NCBI GenBank assembly: GCA_964016885.1
Contig: OZ024757.1
Coordinates: forward strand, 37,324,001-37,388,000
From: Eledone cirrhosa
Taxonomy: Eukaryota
DNA: 64,000 bases
Reading direction: 5' to 3'
Made by a program: the position numbers and the translations under genes. Under the pieces are notes generated by a model that was not told the origin of the DNA, did no database searches, and saw nothing but the letters and a program-made list of their open reading frames with translations. Below, one piece after another: positions 1 to 12,781 of this stretch; within the stretch, counting starts at the first letter, position 1, and each line of letters begins with the position of its first letter.

Positions 1-241
1 CCACCAGTAGTAGTAATAGTAATAATAATGTAGTAGTATATAGTATATAGAAATAGTAGTAATAATAATGGTTTCTTGTATAGGCACAAGGCCAACAATT
101 TGGGGAGAGAGGAGAGTCAATTAAATTGACCCCAGTGCATTACTGGTACTTTATTTTATTGACCCTGTAAGGATGAAAGGCAAAGTTAAACTCGGCAGAA
201 TTTGAAAACCAGGATAAGCTCTGGCCTGATGAGCCCCTGGC

Positions 242-708
242 TTAACCCTTTAGCATTCAAACCCGCCATATCTGCCAGAATTCTCTCATCTCTCTCTGTT
301 CAAACTGGCCACAACTGGCCACTTATACTGATGTTAAGGTATTGTTCTCAAAATAAATAATACCAAAATTTCATAGATTTGATATTATGTGAGATATTAT
401 GTGAGATAAAGCCTTTACTGTGAAAATACAATAGTATATATAGAGTAATGTAAATGTTATGTGAGATAAAGCCTTTACTGTGAAAATACAATAGTATATA
501 TAGAGTAATGTAAATGTTATGTGAGATAAAGCCTTTACTGTGAAAATACAATAGTAAATATTGAGTAATGTAAATGTTATGTGAGATAAAGCCTTTACTG
601 TGAAAATACAATAGTAAATATTGAGTAATGTAAATGTTATGTGAGATAAAGCCTTTACTGTGAAAATACAATAGTAAATATTGAGTAATGTAAATGGTAA
701 AGAGTTAA
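242..708 (+). mobile_element. piggyBac-like MITE with internal 60-bp tandem expansion
   Basis: TTAA|CCCTTTAGCATT...AATGgTAAAGaG|TTAA termini; about five copies of a 60-bp unit at 397-697. Confidence 0.7.
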
Positions 709-1035
709 AGACAGACATTAGAAGTACTGCAGCTGATTTAATCAACTTTTCTCTCCTTTAATATTGAAGGGGAGTGATGAGGAGGGATTGAACGAGGGAA
801 GTATATGATTCACGTATAGAGGGGAAAGAGTATTGGGTTAGAAGATGGGAGAGGAAGAGTGGTGGATAGAGTGGTTGAATAGGGAAGCTGCATCAGCAAC
901 ATGACAGGATAGTAAAAGGAGTTTGTCTATCTGAATAATATAAACTATAGGGAATCCATCATTCAGTGTATATATCTATAACAAACTTTGGTATTTTGTT
1001 GATTAGGAATTATACATATTGCAGTGAATGATATG

Positions 1036-1280
1036 AACATGTGGTTAGAATGTCTCAGGAAAGAATCGCTGAACAGATTTTACTGGTAAAACCAACCAAC
1101 AGGAGACCCAGGGGTAGACCCCAAGCAAGATGGTTGGATAACACCCATGAGCTTGGCTGGTCTCACTTGAGGATCCATGTGGATCAGTTGGAGATGGTTG
1201 CTTCCGACAGGACCTGTTGGAAGGAGCTTTTGAGGACTCTGCCCCCACGACTCTCTCAGGAATAAGTGGGAGAAGAAGAA
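1036..1280 (+). mobile_element. RTE-clade LINE 3' fragment
   Basis: [34 protein letters not shown]...; (GAA) tail; second copy on the minus strand at 34595-34850. Confidence 0.7.
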
Positions 1281-1295
1281 GGGAAATATTCATAC

Positions 1296-1383
1296 TTTGC
1301 CTTTGTTGTCACGACAACGTTCTTTGTGCTCTTCAGGATAAATCGGGGACGTACATTAATGGCAACCTCAAATACAGGTAGCA
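1296..1383 (-). CDS. C3/A2M-like gene exon 7
   Basis: ttctctcattgctcag acceptor, VLPVFEVAINVRPRFILKSTKNVVVTTKAK, gtatga donor. Confidence 0.85.
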
Positions 1384-4300
1384 CTGAGCAATGAGAGAAA
1401 AGAATAGATTGAGATGTGAAGAGATCAAATCTTGATCTCTTCACTTCTGGTAAATATTGCACAGAAATCATAGAATAAATACAATAATAAAGACACACAA
1501 TATTTCACATTATTCAGTGAAGGCCATCAGCTGAGATATGTAGATATGTATGTATATATGTATGTATGTATGTAGATATGTATGTATGTATGTAGATATG
1601 TATGTATGTATGTAGATATGTATGTAGATATGTATGTATGTAGATATATATGTATGTATGTAGATATGTATGTATATATGTATGTATGTAGATATGTATG
1701 TAGATATGTATGTATGTATGTAGATATGTATGTATGTATGTAGATATGTATGTAGATATGTATGTAGATATGTATGTATGTATGTAGATATGTATGTAGA
1801 TATGTATGTATGTATGTATGTAGATATGTATGTATGTAGATATATATGTATGTATGTAGATATGTATGTATGTATATATGTAGATATGTATATATGTAGA
1901 TATGTATGTATGTAGATATGTATGTATGTAGATATGTATGTAGATATGTAGATATGTATGTATGTATGTAGATATGTATTTATGTATGCATGCATGTATG
2001 TCGGCAACTAAACCGGCAACCCCACCAAGTTTACTTGGTGAGGAGGGTGATTTTGGACACCCTGCAGGACAAAAAACAAAACCTGACAAAGGGCGGAAGA
2101 ACTCGTAAGAGTCAATACTCATAAAAGTATCTACCAAATACACACCCACACAGACACATACACTTCTGTTTCAGTATTAACAAATAAGAACAAGTATTAA
2201 TTAAAAGATTACACTAATAGAACTGAAAAGGTTTGAGGGATTCTTACCATATTTTTGCACAAGGAACTTTACTTCTGCACGAGTTTTCAGCTGCAACATG
2301 AAAAATATTGCACAAGGTTTAGATGTACACATAATTGTATTTTTTCAGATTCCCCTTAACACTTTTAACATCAACCCAGCCAATACTAGCTCTGGTTTTA
2401 TGAAACAAACCTACCAATTTTAAAGGGTTCCTGTTTAAATTAAAATATTCCAACATAATTTTATGTAAGAATCATTTGTTAACCCTTTAACATACAAACT
2501 GGCTGTAATCGGCTGCTCATACTGATGTTAAGGTATTGTTCTCAAAATAAATAACATCAAAATCCCATAGATTCAATATTATGAGGGATAATTATGTGAG
2601 ATAAAATGTTTACCATGAAAATATAATAGTAAATATAGAGTAATGTAAATGCTAAAGGGTTAAGTTTTCTGTTAAATCATGACAGGATTTTAAGAGTTAA
2701 AATATTTTACCCCATTTGTATATTCTGCTATAACTGTCCAGTTACCCAGAGGGGGTTGACTTGAAAGTTCATATGAAGCATTAATGAAGGGGCTGTCTCC
2801 TGGGAATCTGCTAGAATATAAAATCAATTTGCTGGGATTCTGGAAATACATGAAGTAAAGAGCAAGAGAATAAATATTTCAATAAATATATATATAAACA
2901 ACTACAACAACTACAACTATAACAACAACAACTATAAACAACAACTACAATAATGATTTCTAGTTTAGTCCCAAGGCCAGTAATTTTTTGGGGAGGGGAA
3001 AGTCGATTAAATCGACCCTAGTGCATGACTGGTACTTTATTTTATTGACCCTGTAAGGATGTAAGGCAAAGTTAACCTTGGTAGGATTTGAACTCAGACT
3101 GTAAAGGACCGTAACTCTATGCTGCAAAGCATGGTGTCTGACGCTCTACCGATACTGCCAATCCACCGCCCTACAATAATACAACTACAATATTTGTTTC
3201 TACTTTTGGCACAAAGCCAGCAATTATCCCAGTGCATTACTGGTACTTTATTTTATCAACTCCCGTAAGGATGAAAGGCAAAGTTAACCTCGGCGGGATT
3301 TGAACTCGGACTACAATAATAACTAAAACAACTACAATTATAACAACACCACCTACACACAAAAACACACACATATCTCAATCACACACAGGTATGCATG
3401 TATACAGGTAGCTACAAATATCTGTCTCTAAATTGACTTACTAAAGTAAACAGTCTCTTACCTGGATACTGAATGAAACTGGGAATTTTGTAGGCAACAT
3501 GTCTTCATTGAGGGTAACAATCCGGATTCTTACTGTTGAGACAAAATGAAGGAAATATGTTTGAGTTATTAATTCTTTAGTATTTACATTACTCTATATT
3601 TATTTAAATATTTTCATGGTAAAGGCTTTACCTCATATAATTATCTCACATAATTTGAAATCTATGAGATTTTGATGTTATTTATTTTGAGAACAATACC
3701 TTAACATCAGTACGAGTGACCAGTTACAGCTGATTTGAACAGAAAGAGTTGAGAGAATTCTAGCCAGATGGGCTAGTTTAAATGCTAAAGGGTTAATCTC
3801 TTAAAATGGTCACTTCTATCAGTTGTATAATGTATATGTTACAACCAGGGCCTCCAAGAGAACATTTTCAAGTCAGTACAAGATCCCTTTAGGGACCGAA
3901 GCAGGCAAAGATTTTTCTCAAAATGAATGTTGTATGGATGCTGTGGGGCCTTCTTAGCTCTTGGGCCCCAGGACAAAGTACCAGCTCATAGACCCTGGTT
4001 ACAACTTATTTTTGGTTGCTGAGTGGACAAGAGCTGCGTGAAAATGAAGTGTTCTACCCAAGGATACAACACACCCAGACTCAAACTCACTACCTTACAA
4101 TTGCAAGCCAAACACCCTAACCACTAAGCCATGTGAATTCACTACATACATGGTCCTGTAACACTTGAGGGAGTCATAGAGGTTCCATATTGACATACAG
4201 TGTTTATAGGGCATTTTAAAACCTGGCAGAGCCCATCTCTTCACTAAGTCTGAATATAACAGATTTCATCCAGAGAAAGATAGAGAGTGAGAGAATGAAG

Positions 4301-5628
4301 TGAGAAAGAGATATAGAAGAAGAATCTACCCCAGTACATAACTGGTACTTTTTTTATCGACCTCAAAAGGATGAAAGAGAAGGTTGACCACAATGGGATT
4401 TGAACTCAGAGCAGAGAGCTGAAACAAATACTGCAAAGCATTCCATATGACATTCTAATGAATGCCTTACATATACATACACATGAAGGCACATGGCTTA
4501 GTGGTTAGAGCATTGGGGCTTGCAATCGAAAGGTTGTGAGTTCAATTCTTGGACTGGGTGATGTGTTGTTTCCTTGAGCAAGACACTTTATTTCACATTG
4601 CTCCAGTTTACTCAGCTGTAGAAATGAGATGATAGGGACTGGGGTCCATATCATTAAATCACCCAAGACACCTCCAACGAGATATACCTTGGAGGAGGCC
4701 GGCTAAACCTGTATAGGTGTGAGCTGTAACAACAACAACAACATATATATACACACACAAATATATACATACAAATTCCCTCACCTGTCTGTCCAGGATT
4801 ATAGATTGGTTTTGAAGTTTGGATAAAAATGTGACCAGCTGTCATTGAAACAGGAATTTCCTTTATCTGGGAAAACCCATTTGATTTGACTGACAGGATA
4901 ACAGTATGTTTCTCTTCTCCAGTATCCGATGAAGATCCCAAACGGTTTAAAAGATCCGACAATTTGATCTGCATTTCTACATATCTTGGTGAAGCTGAAA
5001 ATCGAGAATATATTTTTCATTGATATATATATATAAACCCATGCATGCATGCAAACATGGATGTAAAAGGATCATGGATATATATATATATATATGTATA
5101 TAAAAATATCATCATCATCATTTTACGTTTGCTTTTCCTTGCTTGCAAGGATGGGACGGGTCCTTTTCAGCATTTCTCCATTCGTCACGGTCCTTCGTCA
5201 TCTCATCTGTGAGCTTCAGTGATCTGAGGTCAGCTCTCACCACCTCCACCCATGATTTTGGTGGTCTTCCTCTACTGTGTCTTCCTTCCACTGGGATTTC
5301 TTGGTACTCCTTTACCCAGCGGTCATCCTAATATATATATAAATATATATAAGTAGTTCCACGACAGTTAATACACCATTTTCAAGAGCAATTTGTTTCA
5401 CCTTAAATGGATTATCTGCTGTTTCAGGTGAAACAAATTGTCTTGGAAATGGTGTACTAACTGTTGTGGAACTACTTCTACCAAACTCATCCCATGGACT
5501 GAGTGCTCTACTACTGCGGCTATAACACACCAGTGTTATACCACTATATATATATATATATATATATACATACATATATATATAAAAAAATGTGGGTAAT
5601 ATTAAATATTATCCAATTACAAGTATGA

Positions 5629-5672
<44 letters not shown>

Positions 5673-6010
5673 GTAATCTGAGTTTTTCGAATATTAGTAA
5701 TAATATTCGATTCGTTTGCAATTATGCAAACAAGCCTCATTTTTAAAGCCATGTCAGTAGAATGAGCCCCTCATTCTTGCTCTTGTGTTGGCATGTAAAC
5801 AGAACTGTAGTGATGAAGGGTGATACCCAGAAACATTAGTGTCTGCAGTTCTATTTACATGCCAACACAAGAGCAAGAATGAGGGGCTCATTCTACTGAC
5901 ATGGCTTTAAAAATGAGGCTTGTTTGCATAATTGCAAACGAATCGAATGTTATTATTAATATTCAAACAACTCAGATTACATTTATTGTATTCAGCCATG
6001 TAGAGTGATA

Positions 6011-6053
<43 letters not shown>

Positions 6054-6218
6054 CGGTAATTCCAAAGGAAAAGCAAAGGGAAAAAGAGTGCTCTATGTAT
6101 AGAACAGAGCTATTTAATTAGAAAGTAAACATCCAGACGTATATTATTATCGTCTGTGATCCAGAAACCTTTGGCAATGGAGTAGTTATATTTTGTGTTG
6201 TTCACTTTCTAATTAAAT

Positions 6219-6249
<31 letters not shown>

Positions 6250-6250
6250 A

Positions 6251-6286
<36 letters not shown>

Positions 6287-8673
6287 GAATGAAGAATGGC
6301 GTGCTGCGTTGTTGCGAACATGAACATATGAATAAAAATAGACCAGGAGATAAAATGTCCTCATCAGTAGTCTGCTGATTATCATTGGTATTTCAATGCA
6401 TTAAAGACTACATACCTAAAATCAGTGCGAGTGATAACTCAATTAAGTTATCGGGACAGTGGGAAAACAGAGGGAAGGAAACAAACACATGGTAAAGAGA
6501 GGAAAATAGAGACAAGTCAATGAATACTGTGGGCTTATGTAAATCAGGATGGATTTAGTTTGAAACCTGTTAGACCATTACTTAACAGAGTACTCGATAC
6601 TTAGGGTAGTAAAGTATGGTTATAATATAAAGAGTTGAGACCCCGACAGCTGAGCTCTTGCTGTTGCAATAGAGGCAGGAGCTCTCATTATTTATGTCAA
6701 AGGCCTACTAATATAGTATAAAAAAGAAAAGACTTACATTTTGATGCATAAATTGTATTATCGTAAATGATGTTTCCATGAAGGGAATGTTCCAAGGTAA
6801 TACGAAAAGAGGTCTGAGAACGAGCTGTCAAAGGATTAATCAGTATGGTTTCCTTTTCATTACATCGGAATTTCTGTGGCGTCACAATGAGAACTTTCTG
6901 GGTTCTGCAGAAAAGAATAATATTCGGTGGATTGGCAGTATCGGTAGAGGGTCGGACGCCATGCTTTGAAGTATAGAGTTACGGCTCTTTATGGTCTTAA
7001 TTCAAATCCCGCCGAGGTTAACTTTGCCTTTCATCCTTACTGGGTTGATAAAATAAAGTACCAGTAATACACTGGTATTATTGCTGGCCTTGTGCCAAAA
7101 GTAGAAACAATTATTTTATAATCTATATCTATATATAAATTTGAGCACCTTCCATACGTCTGTCACACAATGTGTGTTTGTGTGAATGTATGTGTGTGTG
7201 TAAAAGGAAGGAAGGGGATGGCGAAAAAACTATATCAAAACAGCAGCTGGCATTCCATTTTCTATGCTGTGTGTGTGTGTTTGTGTGAATGTCTTTGTGT
7301 GTTTATGTGAATGTATGTGTGAGTTTGTGAGAATGTTTCTGAGTGTGTATTTTTGTAAGCGTGTCTGTGTTTGCATGTTTATATTTATATATTCATACAT
7401 ATAAATGTATGCATTGCATAATGACATACACACACACACGCACACATATATACATATGTGTCGGCATGTTGTATGTATGTGTGTGTGTGAAAGGAAATTA
7501 TCACAAAGGTATAAGACCATTGCAATTTCCAATTATATATTTGTGCTAAAAGTCTAAAGTTGGTCTGAAGGCCTTAGGCTCATTAGGCCGGTGGCTATCC
7601 TGGTTTCTTTGGCATTAAGTGACAGAGTACAGGACTCCCCACATGGATAGGACGCCAGTCTATCGAAGGGTTAAACTCCAAGCTATTGCTGGTGGTACTC
7701 ATTTATCACCTGAGTATACTGGAGCCACGTAACATGAAGTGTTTTGCTCAAGAATACAACACACAACCCAGCCCAGGAATCGAACCCACGACATTATATA
7801 ATAATGAAACTATTGTGTACAGTGCTCAGGTGCACTACAGCTCATCAAAGGTGCATGTATAATACATAGAATAATATACAAATGTCAGGGAAGTGAATAG
7901 TGTATGAGTCATGGCTGTAAGTCCTGTATACTTATAGGAGTGGGAAAATATAATTTAGAATTTAGGGAACACAATTAAAAGACAAAAGAAGCTAGTCTTG
8001 GTGGTGGTAGTATCGAATGTTCTAGATATACATATTCTCGGGTCTCGAATAATCGTCCTCACCCTCGCTTATTAATTTTTCAGATTTTCTTTTCCAAAAA
8101 ATTTTGTTAATCTATCTTTGGCGAAGTTTTATTTTAAGTTGTAGCATTCCTTTCCTGCGACATTTAATTTTCTTTATACATTAAAATAAAACAAAACAAA
8201 AAAAAAAAACAAAACATAATACATAGCCCCCCAAAAAGTACATTGCTAGAAATCCCAGACGTTATTAAATAAATAGGATGGTTGGGGGCGGGGGTGTCTC
8301 AATATGTAAACTAAACGACTATTTCTGGTTTTTAAAAAAATCAACGGAGACAACCGAGAAAAATTACCGAATTTCCACGCTACACCACCCCAGCTTATTC
8401 TAACTCCCTCACTTATTATTTAGGACCTGATGTTATATATTATTGAGAGAAAGATGCATTTAAGAGAGAGAGAGAGAGAGAGAGAGACCGCCAAGGTGCC
8501 CGTTTCGTCTGCTAGAAACAGTAGTTAAAATCATCATCATCAACAACAGCAAGAAATAGTTTTAAATATAAATAAAATAAAAACTAGAAAGATAGATAAA
8601 TAATGACACTTTACCTTTGACATTGGACAGCAGACACTGCTAAAAGTAGGCAATATTTTAGGAGAAAATACAT
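1296..8673 (-). CDS. Thioester-containing protein superfamily gene (complement C3-like / alpha-2-macroglobulin-like), 5' part only: signal peptide plus N-terminal MG domains; continues beyond left edge
   Basis: Seven GT-AG exons with matching phases: 8673-8615, 6904-6738, 4994-4785, 3532-3462, 2839-2711, 2290-2248, 1383-1296 (767 nt, about 255 aa). Joined protein: MYFLLKYCLLLAVSAVQCQR-TQKVLIVTPQKFR...GHIFIQTSKPIYNPGQTVRIRIVTLNEDMLP...PPLGNWTVIAEY...FLVQKYVLPVFEV...TTKAK. FIQTxKPIYxPG and YVLPxFEV are hallmark C3/A2M motifs. The thioester site is not in the window, so the subfamily is uncertain. Confidence 0.88.
1535..2000. repeat. (TATG/TAGA)n microsatellite
   Basis: Direct inspection. Confidence 0.9.
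2248..2290 (-). CDS. C3/A2M-like gene exon 6
   Basis: ttgcag acceptor, LKTRAEVKFLVQKY, gtaaga donor; joins next exon to give KYVLPVFEV. Confidence 0.85.
2479..2663 (+). mobile_element. piggyBac-like MITE
   Basis: TTAA CCCTTTAaCAT...ATGCTAAAGGG TTAA. Confidence 0.75.
2711..2839 (-). CDS. C3/A2M-like gene exon 5
   Basis: tatttccag acceptor, NPSKLILYSSRFPGDSPFINASYELSSQPPLGNWTVIAEYTNG, gtaaaa donor. Confidence 0.85.
2955..3310 (-). mobile_element. tRNA-derived SINE (family A), one full and one partial copy
   Basis: A-box TGGCAGTATCGG, B-box GAGTTCAAATCC, central GCCTTTCATCCTTACGGGGTCGATAAAATAAAGTACCAG, (ATT)-type tail. Confidence 0.75.
3462..3532 (-). CDS. C3/A2M-like gene exon 4
   Basis: ttgtctcaacag acceptor, VRIRIVTLNEDMLPTKFPVSFSIQ, gtaaga donor. 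Confidence 0.85.
3569..3796 (-). mobile_element. piggyBac-like MITE
   Basis: Reverse-oriented copy of the same family, TTAA at both ends. Confidence 0.7.
3846..3997. mobile_element. hAT-like MITE
   Basis: Perfect 8-bp target duplication GTTACAAC (3838-3845, 3998-4005) flanking CAGGGCCT...AGACCCTG termini. Confidence 0.7.
4785..4994 (-). CDS. C3/A2M-like gene exon 3
   Basis: ttttcag acceptor (phase 1), SPRYVEMQIKLSDLL...GHIFIQTSKPIYNPGQT, gtgagg donor. Confidence 0.88.
5108..5328 (-). mobile_element. RTE-clade LINE 3' fragment
   Basis: Reverse homologue of 20172-20446 with (GAT)n tail. Confidence 0.7.
5351..5477. mobile_element. (TA)n-embedded fold-back element, probable Penelope-like pLTR remnant
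   Basis: About 53-bp inverted arms; right arm carries the GAAA-CAAATTG-TC hammerhead 3' half; related to the unfolded copy at 53969-54090. Confidence 0.6.
5667..5986. mobile_element. (TA)n-embedded fold-back element
   Basis: About 140-bp near-perfect inverted arms around a 32-nt loop that is a hammerhead core. Confidence 0.75.
5801..5852 (+). ncRNA. Hammerhead ribozyme remnant at apex of fold-back element (core C3 replaced by G)
   Basis: AGAACTGTA-gTGATGA-aGGGT[GAT]ACCCa-GAAA-CATTAGTG-TC/TGCAGTTCT. Confidence 0.6.
6738..6904 (-). CDS. C3/A2M-like gene exon 2
   Basis: ttcttttctgcag acceptor, open frame TQKVLIVTPQKFRCNEKETILINP...YASK, gtaagt donor. Confidence 0.85.
6925..7112 (+). mobile_element. 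tRNA-derived SINE (family A)
   Basis: Same head, central domain and tail. Confidence 0.75.
8615..8673 (-). CDS. C3/A2M-like gene exon 1 (signal peptide MYFLLKYCLLLAVSAVQCQ)
   Basis: ATG at 8673, hydrophobic core, donor AG|gtaaag in phase 2 matching exon 2. Confidence 0.8.
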
Positions 8674-9329
8674 GATTTTCCTCTTGCGATTCGAACCCGT
8701 TTCTTTGCAACGACAGTGACAATTATAACAACACTAACAACAACAGCAACATTAACACGCAATGATGATGGTAATAAAAATAATAATTTAGTCCTTCAAT
8801 GTAAATCTCCGATTCTTCTTTGGAACCAAACGAAAGTTTTTGGAAGAAATTTTCTTACGCTTTTTATTTACTCGTCCTTAAATATTTTTTTCTGGTACTT
8901 ATTTCGCGTAAAACACTTCAATATACAAATATACACACACATATATATATATATATATTTATATATATATTCTTACATTATTGCTGTATTTATTCTACGT
9001 TGTAGCAGAAATGTTCAACATTTTATCTCTACTTATATTTTATTTGCTTATATTATATTTCAAATATCTACTCGTTTTTTTTTTATACGGCGTATATTAA
9101 GTTCGCTTGTTAGTCGAGGCCTGTTTATGAGAAAATGTTTATTTCGTACAAGAACGACGTCCTTGGAAGAAATCTAGACTGAATTGTTTTCTAACAGAAT
9201 AAATATATAAATATATAAACATATAAAGAAATAGATAAGAGAAGACGGGGTTGGGATATTAAAGTATCTACTATTTTCGCCCTCCCTTTAGAAATTCGAG
9301 AATTTGTGCCTATGTATTGAAATCATTAA

Positions 9330-10720
<1,391 letters not shown>

Positions 10721-10814
10721 CACAGTGTAAATGTGTCTAATGTCCCACTCCATGTTTGTTTTACATGTCATGTTAGTGGTACAGATTTTAGTATGTGATA
10801 ATCTTATCTTTAGT

Positions 10815-11285
10815 ACCACTAGCACCAACATACTACCACCACCACCACTATCACTACCACCATACCACCACCACCACTATCATCACTACCACCACTAGCA
10901 TCACTACCACCATACCACCACCACCACCACTAGCATCACTACCACCATACCACTAGCATCACTACCGCCATACCACCACCTCTAGCATCACTACCACCAT
11001 ACCACCACCATCACTGCTACCATACCACCACCACCATCACTGCCACCATACCACCACCATCACTGCTACCATATCACCACCATCACTGCTACCATACCAC
11101 CACCATCACTGCCACCACCGCTATCAACATCATCACCACTGCCACCACCACCACCATCACTACAGCCACTGCCACCACCATTATCATCAGTCACTACTGC
11201 CACCACCACCACCATCACTACTGCCACTGCTACCGTCACTACTGCCACCACCAAAACCATCACTGCTATCAACATCATCATCATC
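10815..11285. repeat. (CCA/TCA/CTA)n trinucleotide-type repeat
   Basis: Direct inspection. Confidence 0.85.
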
Positions 11286-11439
11286 AAATGTTTTTATTCT
11301 TGGTCTCAGCAGTTGTTTTCAAGCCATCTGGGTGGGGACATCTCCTCTATCAGCCCCAGCATGTAACTACACATTCATAAAGATTGACTACCCTGCTATA
11401 TATCTGTGTCTCTAACTATTTCTATCTATCTATCTATTG

Positions 11440-11745
11440 ATGTGGAACTATGCAGAACAACTGCTGTCGTGTATGGGACAAATCCAGTTGACTGCCGAGT
11501 CCATAGTAAGGATCAAACCGCCAGCCTCTTTCAAAAACGAAAGAGAGGCGGTTTTCCTCTGTACGGTGGCTATGGTGAAAGAAGTCATATGGTGGACGAG
11601 GTTGAGAGGACTGAGGACAGATGCCTTTCTCTCCGGACATCTCCAGCATCATGGTCCCATCTGATGTTTTTGCTATTAAAGCTGTCGATCTCCTTTTCCA
11701 GGGTCTTTGTGGGGGGCCACGTTTCTGCTCCATAGAGGAGATCAG
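11440..11745 (-). mobile_element. Degenerate RTE-like LINE fragment
   Basis: LLYGAETWPPTKTLEKEIDSF motif typical of the post-RT region of RTE elements. Confidence 0.55.
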
Positions 11746-11846
11746 AGAGGACCGATGTATTGTAAATACAAAATATGAAATACAAATAAAAAAAGCAAAC
11801 CAAAGAAATATGAAGAGTTTTTTTTTTCCTTAAATAAAAAATATAT

Positions 11847-11852
11847 TTTATT
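11847..11852 (-). terminator. Candidate ANAPC2 polyadenylation signal (AATAAA)
   Basis: AATAAA on the minus strand about 720 nt after the stop, followed by a U/GU-rich tract; not verified by transcripts. Confidence 0.4.
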
Positions 11853-12574
11853 TTGTAATTTACAGAAATATGCTAGTGGATAAGACCACCATGGTCAAAC
11901 AAAACCACCACATTAAAGTGATACAAATTTAGTAGAAGTTCAGTTCAATACAATCACAGAAATGTTAAAACTCCTTCCCTTCCCTCCAGGACTGGGTGGG
12001 GATTGGGGTGTGGTGAGATGGGTGGTTGGTGGTGGGTAATCTGCCAAGGGGTTGGGTGGAGTGGGGTGGGGTTTGGTGGATTTTATGATTTTACTCCCCA
12101 AGCTGGTGCTTTGCTGCTTTTCTAGTCCTTCTGACTGAAGACACTCCAGAAATGATGATGGAAAGGGTTAGGGTCACCAAGAAACAACCAAAGTGAGTGT
12201 ATGTGTGGGGTGATGGGGGTGAGTGGAGGTAATTTTTCCCAAGATACCATTAGTAAAGGGCAGTGGGGCGAAGGATGGAGGAATACATCCCTCACATCCT
12301 AAGCTGCTGCTTCTGGATGTCTGAAGGTACTACAGGAAACTACAATGACCACTGCCATCATCATCATCATCATCATCATCACTATGTTGCCAGCAGAACC
12401 ACAACAACCACTACCATCACCACCATGATCTCCATCACCAACACCATCTCCATTACCACCATCACCATCTCCATTACCACCATCACCCCCACTACAATAT
12501 CAGTAGAACCATGATGACAACAACCACCACCACTAACCCCACAACTCTCAATGAGGAGTAGTAGGAGGTGTAAC

Positions 12575-12781
12575 TCAACTATGTGATAAACGGTACACCC
12601 CTGATGTGTATATCAGTTTCTGGTCTTTCACTTTCTTGTCGAGGAAGGCCTTCAGTTCAGCCAGGCTACATTCCACAGAAGAGGGGCCCTGCACAGCAAA
12701 CATACGCAGCATTGAGTGGATTCTTTCGATGGGTAAACTTTCTAGATTGGTCAGCATACCGACGATGTATGTCCAGAAAAC
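12575..12781 (-). CDS. ANAPC2: ANAPC2 exon 12 (C-terminal winged-helix domain, stop)
   Basis: VFWTYIVGMLTNLESLPIERIHSMLRMF...GVYRLSHS*. Confidence 0.94.
   Translation of the reverse strand, partial: VFWTYIVGMLTNLESLPIERIHSMLRMFAVQGPSSVECSLAELKAFLDKKVKDQKLIYTSGVYRLSHS

Noticed and set aside
226-240. Hammerhead core CTGATGA
   Set aside because: No downstream GAAA or helix I; matches the tail of a SINE seen at about 7580-7610
4488-4560. tRNA gene (also at 6925, 13748, 14476, 48479)
   Set aside because: A and B boxes are present, but there is no complete cloverleaf and each continues into SINE body and tail
4969-4970. Alternative acceptor for C3/A2M-like exon 3
   Set aside because: Poor pyrimidine tract and wrong phase relative to exon 2; the 4995-4996 acceptor fits
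5312-5575. 87-aa ORF as a possible extra exon of the C3/A2M-like gene
   Set aside because: Lies in a palindromic repeat that recurs at 53969; exons 2 and 3 already join in phase without it
6340-6412. Hammerhead-like motif (CTGATGA on minus; GTAGTC...GACTAC on plus)
   Set aside because: GAAA half is missing on both strands; too degenerate to call
8716-9177. 153-aa plus-strand ORF upstream of the C3/A2M-like gene
   Set aside because: Low-complexity, AT-rich, non-ATG start, no recognisable motif; probably promoter/UTR sequence
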